A stretch of 64,000 nt of DNA from NCBI GenBank assembly GCA_052055015.1, contig JBQJIT010000011.1; one strand, given 5' to 3'. The notes beneath the pieces are model-generated. The model worked only from the letters and a program-made list of their open reading frames with translations, was not told where the DNA came from and did not search any database. Both the position numbers and the translations under genes were made by a program. Below, piece by piece: positions 63,897 to 64,000 of this stretch (its first letter is position 1; each line of letters starts with the position of its first letter). The stretch is from Malassezia furfur. Lineage: Eukaryota.

Positions 63897-64000
63897 ATGT
63901 CCGACAAAGAGCAACTCCCGCTCGCTGTAAGCTCTCGGCCTCGCGCGCGCCCCGCCCGTAGGTGGCTTCGCTTGTTAGGGCTCGTGTTCCTCGCTACGCA
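63897..64000 (+). CDS. Start of a probable tandem Cps1 paralog (truncated by the window edge)
   Basis: MSDKEQLPLAVSSRPRARPARRWLRLLGLVFLAT has the same short basic tail plus TM layout as the 61872 gene and shares its upstream element. Confidence 0.55.
   Translation, partial: MSDKEQLPLAVSSRPRARPARRWLRLLGLVFLAT

Overview
Eukaryotic (fungal) nuclear DNA from an extremely gene-dense, GC-rich basidiomycete yeast. Gene content, GTACGT...CTRAC/CTCAC...YAG introns and 0-130 nt spacers suggest Malassezia (inference). I find about 32 mostly housekeeping protein-coding genes: MDN1, TRAPPC11, a DEAH helicase, SEC2, IRC5, ORC6-like, RAD3, eEF3, SHE9, RFA3, ACS, ATP synthase e, NAC-beta, CBC2, CDC123, mitochondrial AsnRS, EHD3, RIB4, MRP51, STE14, URA4, HUA1, cactin, LSM12, NDUFA2, DOM34, CPS1 and others. 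I recognised no rRNA, tRNA, CRISPR array or transposon. Most ORFs in the supplied track are antisense or shadow frames. Standout observations: (1) one open frame joining a kinesin-8 (Kip3) motor to the C-terminal domain of COPI alpha-subunit (43480-46910), either a real chimeric gene or a deletion/assembly junction; (2) 40 hand-mapped spliceosomal introns, 33 of them only 21-26 nt, ten in IRC5 alone; (3) operon-like runs with 29-43 nt spacers, divergent start codons 31-39 nt apart and overlapping convergent stops; (4) CACGTG strongly concentrated in the tiny promoters; (5) a possible fungal SLX4IP-like protein; (6) two hairpin-rich unannotated intergenic regions. All identifications come from motif recognition by eye; no database searches were run.
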